Source of the DNA: an uncultured bacterium
Lineage (GTDB): Bacteria; Lernaellota; Lernaellaia; Lernaellales; Lernaellaceae
Length of the DNA stretch: 20,431 nucleotides
Reading direction: 5' to 3'
Assembly: GCA_964534375.1 (NCBI GenBank)
Contig: CAZHPN010000105.1
Location: 1 to 20,431 of the forward strand
Below are positions 7,406 through 15,499 of this stretch, one piece after another (position 1 is the stretch's first letter; every line of letters starts with the position of its first letter). The notes under the pieces were generated by a model. That model did no database searches. It had not been told where the DNA came from and saw nothing but the letters and a program-made list of their open reading frames with translations. Both the position numbers and the translations under genes were made by a program.

Positions 7406-8827
7406 TCAATACTTGATGAGCATCGCGGCGCCCACGCGATCTTCGGAATCCACCAGATCCGGTTGCCAGCCCGCGACCAGCGAACCGGGGCTGCCCTGGT
7501 TGCCGCCCGAAGGGGTGACGCCGCCGTGGCCCGAGAAGTACGGCACGTTTGCCGCGCGGTGGTTGTACTCCAAGCGGAAGGTGATAAACGGGCGCGGCAT
7601 GTAATCGAAGGTCAATTGCGCGTCCCACGCCTTGAATTTGTCGCCGGGGTTTTCGGGGAAATACGGCGTCCCGGAGACGGCGGTGGCGCCGTTGATCGGC
7701 GGCAGAAGCACGAGGTAGCGGCCGGGGTTCGTGATGGCGCCGCCGCCGAAGGTGACGCCGAACACGTCATGGTGGAACCAAAATCGGTTGTAGGCCATGA
7801 AGCCCAGGAAATACTGGTTCGAGCATTTGACCCCGCCGCCCGATTCGCAGCCGGCGTCCAGCGTCAGCGACACCGCGGCCTTGTCCAAGCCCCATTCCGG
7901 CTGGTCCAGGTATTTGAAACTGGCGCTGTCGTCGGTGTGCATGCGTTTGCGGCCGGGGTTGCCCAGCGTGTCGGCGCCGCCGTATTGGTTGCCGACGAGC
8001 GAGAACCAACCGGTCGGCCGCCACAAAATCTGCCCGCCCCCGCCCGGCGCCTGGTTGAACATGCCGTACGATTGCCAGCCGTCGACCAGCCACGGTTCGA
8101 TCTTCAGCGTGTCGGTCACGAAGATTTGCAGGCGCATGCCGTTGAAGAACCACGGCGTATTCGACGAAACGTAGGACGGCTGATAGGTCCAGTTGTCGAA
8201 GTTGTAGTAGCTCCAGAGGCCGATGTACGACATGAAGATGCCGGCCTGGATGTTGATGCCGTGCAGCGCGTCGATGTGGTACCCGCCGTAGCCCTCGGAG
8301 ATGTAGCGATAGGCGTCGGCGAGATTCCATTGGCCGCGGCCCGGGCTCGCGTCGTTACGGGGCGTGGTCTGCGAATACATGCCGAACTGGGTCATGATCC
8401 GCGCTTGCACGTTTTTGTAGAGGAAGTCGCCGCCGAAGCCGAGTTGCGTAAGTTGAAATTCGTTGTGCCGAAAAACCTCGCTCGACCCGCCGATGGTGTC
8501 GTCCTTCGGACGATTGAAGCTGTAATTGTAGTCCACGTCGACGCGGACCTCGCCGGTGAACGGGCCCCAGGTCAACGGCCGCTCGCTGGCGCCGGCGTTG
8601 CCGGGAACCCACGAGAAGTCAGCGAAGGCGAACGGCTCGGTCGGCGCGGCCGGCTTCTTCTCCGCGTCCGGCGCCTTTGGCGGCGCAGCGGCGTCGGCCG
8701 GCGTCGCCGGCGGCGGCGCGGCCGGCGTCGCCTGGCCTCCGGGCGCCGTTTGGGCGCTTGCCGTCGTCGCTATCGCCGGACAGCAAACCAACGCAATGCT
8801 GGTGAACAAAATGTACGCGATGCGCAT
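7406..8827 (-). CDS. Outer-membrane beta-barrel protein (putative porin, DUF1597/BBP2-like)
   Basis: GGGAGG SD, Sec signal peptide, Pro/Ala-rich linker, amphipathic beta-strands, AGIFMSYIG..SY...NW.Y..S motif, aromatic C-terminal residue (MLIKY). Confidence 0.85.
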   Translation of the reverse strand: MRIAYILFTSIALVCCPAIATTASAQTAPGGQATPAAPPPATPADAAAPPKAPDAEKKPAAPTEPFAFADFSWVPGNAGASERPLTWGPFTGEVRVDVDYNYSFNRPKDDTIGGSSEVFRHNEFQLTQLGFGGDFLYKNVQARIMTQFGMYSQTTPRNDASPGRGQWNLADAYRYISEGYGGYHIDALHGINIQAGIFMSYIGLWSYYNFDNWTYQPSYVSSNTPWFFNGMRLQIFVTDTLKIEPWLVDGWQSYGMFNQAPGGGGQILWRPTGWFSLVGNQYGGADTLGNPGRKRMHTDDSASFKYLDQPEWGLDKAAVSLTLDAGCESGGGVKCSNQYFLGFMAYNRFWFHHDVFGVTFGGGAITNPGRYLVLLPPINGATAVSGTPYFPENPGDKFKAWDAQLTFDYMPRPFITFRLEYNHRAANVPYFSGHGGVTPSGGNQGSPGSLVAGWQPDLVDSEDRVGAAMLIKY

Positions 8828-8930
8828 TTCACGCCTCCCTTTTCATTGTTCACGGCCGTCCTGGCGGAAACCAAGACGTTGACAACACCTCGGCTCTCCG
8901 TTTTTCGGCCGGGGATGCTGCTCCCTTTCA

Positions 8931-8982
8931 GATCAAGATGCCGTAAAGATGGGTGCGATGCCCGTCAAGAAAGCATCAAAAC
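8931..8982 (-). promoter_or_regulatory. Two pairs of 11-bp-spaced direct repeats (OmpR-family, KdpE-like boxes)
   Basis: Minus strand TTTTGATGC-TTTCTTGACGG-N-ATCTTTACGGC-ATCTTGATC; half-site spacing 11, 21, 11 bp, about 105-155 bp upstream of the porin start. Confidence 0.6.
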
Positions 8983-9023
8983 ATTCGGACGATTTCGGCT
9001 CGTCCGCCAGATGGGTTTTTCGC

Positions 9024-9050
9024 GCCGGGCGTCCGGCCTGGACGCCCGGC
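9024..9050. other. Perfect 11-bp GC hairpin just after the APC-PII stop codon
   Basis: GCCGGGCGTCC-GGCCT-GGACGCCCGGC. No U-tract follows on the minus (sense) strand. Confidence 0.7.
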
Positions 9051-9059
9051 TTCGGCCGG

Positions 9060-10940
9060 CTATAGCGCGTAAATCCCTCGTTCGGCGGTGCGGATGCGCA
9101 TGACGTCCATGGCGTTCATCACGTAGATCTTGCCGTCGCCGGCCTTGCCGGTGGCGAGCACATCCCGCATCATGTTCATCACCGTCGGCACGTCCCAGTC
9201 GTTGACCATGACGTCAACTCGCACCTTCGGCAGGAAGAGGTATCGCTCGCCCTCGCCGTCGGGCGATTTTCCATTCCCGTTCCCCTTCCCGTTCTGCCTC
9301 CCGAAGCCCTTGACGTTGGTCACGGTCATGCCGAGAACGAGGTTCTCCTCTTTCAACACTTCGACCAGGACATTGAGCCACTCGGGCCGAATAATGGCGG
9401 TGACCATTTTGAGGCTATAGGATTTGCTCACCGTGGTGATCACCACGTAGGCGAGCGTGGCGATGGCCCAGGCGCCGGCGATCAGGAAGCAGATGTAGGC
9501 TTCCGCCTGCGAATCGGCATTGCCCACGGAGTACAGGTACACGATCGCGACGACCATGACGACGTTGAAGAGCACGCCGAGCCCGGGGATGAGGCCGTGT
9601 TTGAGGAAGCTGAAATCAGCCCGCTTTTTGTAAGCCACGATCGTCCATACGCAGGTCAGGCCGTACAGCACGAAGGTCCCGAAGTTCGAGGCCAGGGTGA
9701 TGCCGGTCAGACCGACGACCGACCGCACGCCGATCGCGCCGATCAACGAGGTGACGATCAGCAGCGCGCCGAGCGACACGTGCGGCGTGGCGTGCGTGTG
9801 GTGGATGAAGCCCATCATGCGCGGCAGTTCGCGGTCGGCGGCCATGCCGGCGCTGACCCGCATCGCGGTGTTGATGCAGCTCAGCGTCGAACCGACGATC
9901 GCGATTGCCACCGTGACGGCCATCGAGATCATCAGCCCGAACCCGATGCCGTGCAGCAGATTGTCGCCGAGCAGTTTCGCCATGTCGCCGATCGGGGCCG
10001 AAGAGGCCGCCGCCGCCGCCATGCCGGTGGTGAGCGCGGCGCCGGCGCCGTTCACCAACTTCTCGCTGACCATCGTGCCGGCCGCGAAATATTCGAGCAG
10101 GTAGGCGAACAAGCCCTGAATCACCAGCGAGATGATAATGGCCTTGGGGATGTTCTTGCCCGGGTTTTTCGTTTCGGCGGAGAGCGCCGTCGCGCTCTCG
10201 AAGCCGACCAGAATGAGTATGGCCAGCGTCGATTGCACGAGCACGCCGTTGAAGGTGTGCGGCCGGATGATGTCCCAGGCGCCGCTGAACGCCCACGTCG
10301 CGGCGGCCTGCGGGTTGCCCAGACGGTACAGAATGGCCAGGCCGCTGAAGACGACCAACGTCATAATTTGAATGACGTTGATCCAGACGGCGGTCGTCGT
10401 CGAACCGGTGACGCCGCGATAGGCGATGTACCCGATGGCCGCGGTGATGACGACCGCGATCGCGGTCAGCGTCAGGTTGGTGAATTCCTTGCCGGTGAAT
10501 TGCGTGAAGATGTAGCCGAGCAGCGTGGCGAACATGGCGACCATGACGCCGGGGTACACCCAATAAAACAGGTGCGCCGCCCAGCCGGTCGCGAGTTTGG
10601 ACAGGCGGGCCATCGAGTTCGGCCCGGCCCGTTTGGCGCCGTTGCTGTCGAGGAACGCCTTTTCCGCGAAGTACGTGACGCTGGCGAACCCGGCTTCCGG
10701 ATAGATCTTCGCCAACTGCGAATAGGAAATTGCCGTCAGGAAGGCGACAACCAACGCCACGACGATGCCCGCCCAGATGTCGCCGGCGACCGAGGCCCCG
10801 CCGGGCGAGGTGGCGGCCGCCTGCATTTGATACGTGATCCAAAGAAAAGCGCCCGGCGCAATCAGCGCCATGGCGTTAATCGTCGCGCCGGCTACGCCCA
10901 GAGTAGGAACGACGAGCGGTGATTTTTTGGCGTCGGCCAT
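9060..10940 (-). CDS. APC-superfamily (amino acid/polyamine) permease fused to a C-terminal PII (GlnB/GlnK-like) domain
   Basis: GGAGG SD before ATG 10940, 626 aa. About 12 TM segments with APC features (TM1 NAMALIAPGA, TM6 LVGFES..ALSAETKNP, MAADRELP). The last 117 aa are PII-like: KMVTAIIRP, GMTVTNVKGFGRQ, FLPKV, TGKAGDGKIYV, RIRTAERG..AL. Confidence 0.93.
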   Translation of the reverse strand: MADAKKSPLVVPTLGVAGATINAMALIAPGAFLWITYQMQAAATSPGGASVAGDIWAGIVVALVVAFLTAISYSQLAKIYPEAGFASVTYFAEKAFLDSNGAKRAGPNSMARLSKLATGWAAHLFYWVYPGVMVAMFATLLGYIFTQFTGKEFTNLTLTAIAVVITAAIGYIAYRGVTGSTTTAVWINVIQIMTLVVFSGLAILYRLGNPQAAATWAFSGAWDIIRPHTFNGVLVQSTLAILILVGFESATALSAETKNPGKNIPKAIIISLVIQGLFAYLLEYFAAGTMVSEKLVNGAGAALTTGMAAAAASSAPIGDMAKLLGDNLLHGIGFGLMISMAVTVAIAIVGSTLSCINTAMRVSAGMAADRELPRMMGFIHHTHATPHVSLGALLIVTSLIGAIGVRSVVGLTGITLASNFGTFVLYGLTCVWTIVAYKKRADFSFLKHGLIPGLGVLFNVVMVVAIVYLYSVGNADSQAEAYICFLIAGAWAIATLAYVVITTVSKSYSLKMVTAIIRPEWLNVLVEVLKEENLVLGMTVTNVKGFGRQNGKGNGNGKSPDGEGERYLFLPKVRVDVMVNDWDVPTVMNMMRDVLATGKAGDGKIYVMNAMDVMRIRTAERGIYAL

Positions 10941-11013
10941 GGTCCATACCTCCGTTAATCGACCCATCCACGGCGATAAGCAAATGCCTATTGCCGTTTC
11001 GTCATCCAGACAA

Positions 11014-11029
11014 AGCAAGTTGCGTGCCA
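11014..11029 (-). promoter_or_regulatory. sigma54 (RpoN) -24/-12 promoter of the APC-PII gene
   Basis: Minus strand TGGCAC-GCAAC-TTGCT, an exact match to TGGCAC-N5-TTGCW, about 74 nt upstream of the ATG. Confidence 0.88.
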
Positions 11030-11072
11030 GACCCGGCTTCGCGACGCGTTAATAACTTCTAAAACGTGTCTT

Positions 11073-11085
11073 TATCAAATCTTTA
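11073..11085 (+). promoter_or_regulatory. IHF binding site
   Basis: TATCAA-ATCT-TTA matches WATCAANNNNTTR exactly, in an AT-rich patch just upstream of the sigma54 promoter. Confidence 0.7.
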
Positions 11086-11165
11086 CAATGACATAGGCGG
11101 AACCGCATTATCTGAGGCGACCCTCATCCGAAAGCGTGGCCTTACGCCCGAACAAGTTGACGCGC

Positions 11166-11401
11166 TACAGAATTGTACCGAAATCAATGCGGCTTGCCTT
11201 GAGGGGCGTGACAAATCCACTCGCGTTCGACGGCGCAGACACGCGGCGGCCGACCGACCGACCGGAAAAGACCGTTAACTGAATTTTCGCCGACGGAAAG
11301 CGCAACCGCCGGCGCTCGGCGAGGTCGCGAAACAGCGCGAACGATCGGCGGGCAACAAATACACGTTTGTAGCGCATTTGTGATCGCGAAACATAAATGT
11401 A
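11166..11401. promoter_or_regulatory. Three TACA-N4-TGTA-type palindromes (candidate enhancer sites for a sigma54 activator)
   Basis: TACAgaatTGTA 11166-11177, TACAcgttTGTA 11360-11371, AACAtaaaTGTA 11390-11401. The last two are 30 bp apart. Confidence 0.55.
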
Positions 11402-11436
11402 TCTTCGCGCGACGGATGGATTCCGCTTCTTGCCGC

Positions 11437-12705
11437 CTAAAATTCGCGTCGCCAGGCGAGCGGCAGCAAGGCAAATGCGGAAACGACGGCGAAGGCTACG
11501 AAAAACAGGAACAGCGCGTTCCAACCCCAGGTTTGCGAAACGTACGCCGTGACGACGCCCTGGCAGGCGCCGCCGATCGAGCCCAGGCCGTTGATGATGC
11601 CGGCGGCGGAACCGGCCGCCCGGTCGCGGCCGAGGTTTTGCGCGACCGCGCCGGAAAGCAGCGCGTCCGGCCCGAAGAGCAGGAACCCGATCAGGGCGAG
11701 CGAGCCGCCGACTGCCCACATGCCGATCGGCCCGGCGACGCGGAGCATGAGAAACGAGCCCGCGAGCGCCAGGATCACCGGCGCGACCAACCGCATGGGG
11801 TTCTTCGCGAACCAGCGGTCGGCGACGCGGCCAATGAGGACCACGCCGACGATCCCGCCGGCTTCGAAGCTCGTCGACAGGTAACCCGCGGCGCCTTCGC
11901 TGTAACCGAGGCTCCGCTTGAGAAAAAACGGCAACCAGAACAGCAGGCTGTAGCGAATGAGCTTCAACCCGAAATACGAGCCGCCGAGAATCCACAAGGC
12001 CGGCAGGCGGATCATCGCCATGAACGGCGACCGGCGCGGCGCCGCCGGCCCCGCCGCGAACGCGACATCCACGTTGTCGTCGAGCGGCGGCAGTCCGGCG
12101 TCTTGCGGTTTGTCAATCAGAAAGAGAAGCACGATCAGCCCAACGGCGCCGACCCAGCCCGCCGGCGCGAAAAACGCCGCTCGCCAGCCGAAATTCACGA
12201 GGGCGAAGGTTGCCAGCGCCGTCGCCGCCAGACCGCCGACTTGATAGTTCGTACACCAAATGCCCATGACGAAGCCGCGCGACCGCCGCGCCAGCCAGGG
12301 CGTCATCGCCTTCACACTGTTCGGCCAACCGGTCGCCTGAAAAACGCCGTTGAGCCCGAACGCGAGCGCCAGGATCCACCACGTCGAACTCAGCCCGAAG
12401 ACGACGGCGCCCGCGGCCGACGCAAACATGCCGAAGGCTAGCATCCGCCGCGCGCCAAAACGGTCGCCCAAGCCGCCGCAAAGGAATTGCCCGACGGCGT
12501 AGAGCACGAGATAGAATGTGTCGATGCCGGCCAGCGCGCCGACGCTGATGCCGAGTTCTTCGTGCAACCGGTTCTTGACCACGCTGAAATTCTTGCGGGT
12601 GAGATAATACGACGCGTAGCCGAGCCAGGTCAGCGTAAACGCCCGCGCCTGCAAGGCGCGACGCCGCGCTGCTGCTTCGTTCGCCGGTGGGGTTTGGTCC
12701 GTCAT
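11437..12705 (-). CDS. MFS transporter, organophosphate:Pi antiporter family (GlpT/UhpC-like)
   Basis: LTWLGYASYYLTRKNFS, GLGDRFGARR motif A, LNGVFQATGWP, RGFVMGIWCTNYQVGG, KLIRYSLLFWLP, AAGIINGLGSIG. 12 TM. Start at ATG 12705 or the upstream TTG at 12723. Confidence 0.93.
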   Translation of the reverse strand: MTDQTPPANEAAARRRALQARAFTLTWLGYASYYLTRKNFSVVKNRLHEELGISVGALAGIDTFYLVLYAVGQFLCGGLGDRFGARRMLAFGMFASAAGAVVFGLSSTWWILALAFGLNGVFQATGWPNSVKAMTPWLARRSRGFVMGIWCTNYQVGGLAATALATFALVNFGWRAAFFAPAGWVGAVGLIVLLFLIDKPQDAGLPPLDDNVDVAFAAGPAAPRRSPFMAMIRLPALWILGGSYFGLKLIRYSLLFWLPFFLKRSLGYSEGAAGYLSTSFEAGGIVGVVLIGRVADRWFAKNPMRLVAPVILALAGSFLMLRVAGPIGMWAVGGSLALIGFLLFGPDALLSGAVAQNLGRDRAAGSAAGIINGLGSIGGACQGVVTAYVSQTWGWNALFLFFVAFAVVSAFALLPLAWRREF

Positions 12706-12836
12706 CGCCGCCTTCGCCTGCAAGCTGGTTTTCCGCCCACGGTAAGTTCTGTTTGGCGCGAATCGGTTAGCGGAACGTCAGGGAAAGATGAAAAATTCGA
12801 CGAGCGTCCAACGCCGGCGTCCGGCGCCGCACGGCG

Positions 12837-13229
12837 TCATGCCCGTTTCAGTTTTTCGGACATGGCGCGGGCAATTACTTCATGGATCTGATCGACCGAA
12901 ACAGGCTTGTCGAAGACAAAATGCACGCCGAGGTCGGTGAACTCGTGCCGATTTTCGTCATTGACGTATGAGGAGACGACCGCGATCAGCGCATTGGTCG
13001 CGCTTTTGAGGCGGAGCATGCCGCGCAACAATTCCTGGCCGTCATAGGTCGGCATCATGTAATCGAGGAAAATCACATCCGGCTGGGACTCTTGGATGCG
13101 GACGAGGGCCTCGAACCCGTTCCAGACCCATTCGATTTCGCAATCGACACCGCTCTTGGCGATGAATTCGTTGACGATTTCCGCCGCCAGTTCATCGTCG
13201 TCGACAATTAAGACGCGCAAATCCGCCAT
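12837..13229 (-). CDS. Single-domain response regulator (CheY-like receiver)
   Basis: VLIVDDD acidic pocket, FLDYMMP phosphoacceptor Asp, VSS, FDKP. GAGG SD. Confidence 0.92.
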   Translation of the reverse strand: MADLRVLIVDDDELAAEIVNEFIAKSGVDCEIEWVWNGFEALVRIQESQPDVIFLDYMMPTYDGQELLRGMLRLKSATNALIAVVSSYVNDENRHEFTDLGVHFVFDKPVSVDQIHEVIARAMSEKLKRA

Positions 13230-13476
13230 GATGCCGCCTCGCTTCGTTGAGTGACGCGGCCCGGTTCGGAAAAACGACCCTCGGCATTGACGGGCCGTAT
13301 CCGCGCGGGCTGCTCACCGCGCCGCCGGAATCCCGGCGCCGTTGAACTTTTCTACAGACTTCGCATCCAACCCATATTTTGTATACCCGTTGCGGCGCCG
13401 CGAGTCCAGCCCTGCAGGCAACCGGACTCGGCGAACGCACGGCGGGTAAGCGTCGCGATCCCGTAACGAGTCGGCG

Positions 13477-15204
13477 CTAGATCCGCAAATCCTTGCGCGT
13501 TCGCTGCTTGATTTGTTGCAGCGTGATTTCGCGCTCGACCTCTTCGTTGTGCGGATTGATGTTTTGCGCTGCCAGAAAGTGGGCCATGGCGCCGCGCTCA
13601 TCTTTTTCCGCCTTGAGGATTTTGCCCATGTACAAGTGCGCCCACTCGTTATTTTCGTCGACCGTGATCGCCTTTTCCAGCCGTCGCTTGATCGGCCCCA
13701 CAATGCTGGCGTCGTACTGCGACAAACTGCAGAAATCCGCCCAGGCCCACAAGGCCGAGATTTCGCCGGACCGCGGCGCAAAGCGGGTGGCCTGGTGCAG
13801 CGTCGAAACCGCCTCGCCGTACCGCTTGTCGAGCAGGTGCTCGCGGGCGATGCGGACCAATTCCGCCGCCGCCTCCGGATTCGCCGGGCGCACGCCGTGG
13901 CGCGGCGGATCCGGCGGCGCGAATGTCGCCAGCGGCGCGGTCGGCGTCGCGGGCGCGGGCCGTGCCGGCGCAGGCGCGGGCCGGGCCTCGGCCGCGGGGG
14001 CCTTGGGCGGGACGGCGAAGGCCTGCTTCTCGACGAACCAGGCGCAGCCGAGAACGACCATCAAATGGGCATACCGAAGCCAGGCGGGGTGTTCCGCGGG
14101 CGGAATGGCGATTTTCATTTCGCCCAGGGTCTTCCCGTTCAACCGCTTCGCGTATTCGGGGAACGAGGCAGGCAATTCCAATTGGCCCCAGAATTCGTTG
14201 GCGCGATCGGCAAACAGCAGCGGATTGCCGGCGGCTTCGTGCCGGGCGAGAAAATCGATCGCCATCCGCAAGGGCATGTCCTTCAAGATCGTCTGGATCA
14301 GAAACGACGCCACGTCCACTTCGAGCGACGCCCCGCTGTCGGCGGACGAATCCGCGAGGCGGACATTGTATGTCCCCTGCGGTTTCGGATGACAGACGAA
14401 GTAACGCATTTTGGCGATTTTCTGTCGCCGCACGGCGCCTTTCAGGTCGGCCGAGCTCAGCAAGTTGAGATCGGTCAACATCTCGCCGAATCGCCGGTTC
14501 GACTTGCGCGCCTTGGCCCAAATCGCCTCGGATTCGGGCGGCGCCAGGATGCCTTCCGCGACCAGCAAGGCCCCAAGGGTGGCAGCCGGCACGAAGTTGC
14601 TGGCGATGTTCGCGACCTTGCCGCGGCCGACCTTGATCTTGACCTTCGTCTGGTTCATTTTCACGAGCAGGATGTGTTCTTCGTCGGCGCGGGACAACTG
14701 ATAAAGCAGGCTGCCGACGGTCCATTCTTTCAATTCGCCCTGCTGTGTCTCGCCGGCGTCGCTCGCGGCGGCGGCCGGTTCGGCCGGCGGCCGCGGGACC
14801 GGCCGTTTTTCCATCGGCGAGGCGCCGGGGCGCGCCGCCGACGTGCGATTCATCCACCGATTGACCGCCTCATAAAGGTCGAGCGGCGTGGTGGACGGCC
14901 GGAGGCACTCGTCCGCCGCCCCCGCCGGCGCACTTCGACTGGTCAGCAGCAGAATCGGCGTTTGCTCCAGCCGGCGCTCGGCGCGCAGCAATTCGATCAT
15001 TTTTTCGCCGTCGAACGGCGAAACGGCGCTGCCGACGATAATCACCTCGGGCGCCGCGCCGACGGCAAAATCACGCGCCATAGTGGCGTCGATGCAAACC
15101 CGCGCGCTGACCTTCATCTCGCGAAGGAACGAACGGTACTGCTCGAACAGCGTGTCGGCGCCGATGAGCAAGACTTGAATCGCCGAACCGCCGGCGTCGT
15201 TCAC
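13477..15204 (-). CDS. Multidomain signalling protein: degenerate receiver-like domain, DUF4388-like region with tandem MshEN-like motifs, C-terminal TPRs
   Basis: N-terminal receiver-like pattern (VLLIG, PEVIIVG, TPILLLTS) without the acidic residues; QQGELKEWTVGSLL; LGALLVAEGIL...RFGEMLTDLNLL; TPR-like AHLYMGKIL...A..HFLAAQNINP. Start uncertain: GTG 15204 (GGAGG SD) or ATG 15276. Confidence 0.8.
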   Translation of the reverse strand: MNDAGGSAIQVLLIGADTLFEQYRSFLREMKVSARVCIDATMARDFAVGAAPEVIIVGSAVSPFDGEKMIELLRAERRLEQTPILLLTSRSAPAGAADECLRPSTTPLDLYEAVNRWMNRTSAARPGASPMEKRPVPRPPAEPAAAASDAGETQQGELKEWTVGSLLYQLSRADEEHILLVKMNQTKVKIKVGRGKVANIASNFVPAATLGALLVAEGILAPPESEAIWAKARKSNRRFGEMLTDLNLLSSADLKGAVRRQKIAKMRYFVCHPKPQGTYNVRLADSSADSGASLEVDVASFLIQTILKDMPLRMAIDFLARHEAAGNPLLFADRANEFWGQLELPASFPEYAKRLNGKTLGEMKIAIPPAEHPAWLRYAHLMVVLGCAWFVEKQAFAVPPKAPAAEARPAPAPARPAPATPTAPLATFAPPDPPRHGVRPANPEAAAELVRIAREHLLDKRYGEAVSTLHQATRFAPRSGEISALWAWADFCSLSQYDASIVGPIKRRLEKAITVDENNEWAHLYMGKILKAEKDERGAMAHFLAAQNINPHNEEVEREITLQQIKQRTRKDLRI

Positions 15205-15470
15205 CGCTTCGCCTCCGCCTCGAATGACGAGATCACCCGAGTTGATTTCCCGCTTCCAAAGTCCGGATGCCGACATCCGCTTATCCCCTCTCGGACCGGC
15301 GACACGGCGATTTTCACGCCGTCGCACCGAATTTCGCCGCCGACGCCGGCGTCATCGCCGAGCCAACAGCGATCATTCAAAATCTGGTCTTCTACGGTTA
15401 ACATTCGCGAGCTATCCACTACGCGATCGGCACGCGCCGCCACGCGCGTCGCCGAAGCGGACATTGGCGG

Positions 15471-15499
15471 AATATAATACGGTTTTCGCCGGATTGCAA
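15471..15499 (-). promoter_or_regulatory. Putative sigma70 promoter for the 13477 gene, bracketed by an inverted repeat
   Basis: Minus strand TTGCAA-17 nt-TATATT. CGGAATAT (15468-15475) and ATATTCCG (15502-15509) flank it. Confidence 0.55.

Noticed and set aside
7179..7628. ORFs spanning the porin-TMEM175 gap (7110..7604, 7179..7628)
   Set aside because: They overlap the porin gene, and their GNPGNP/IPRIPG repeats derive from the 9-mer DNA array.
8828..9059. c-di-AMP (ydaO) or other riboswitch upstream of the porin/K+ channel genes
   Set aside because: No recognisable conserved riboswitch motifs by eye; direct-repeat protein-binding sites explain the region better. An Rfam scan would settle it.
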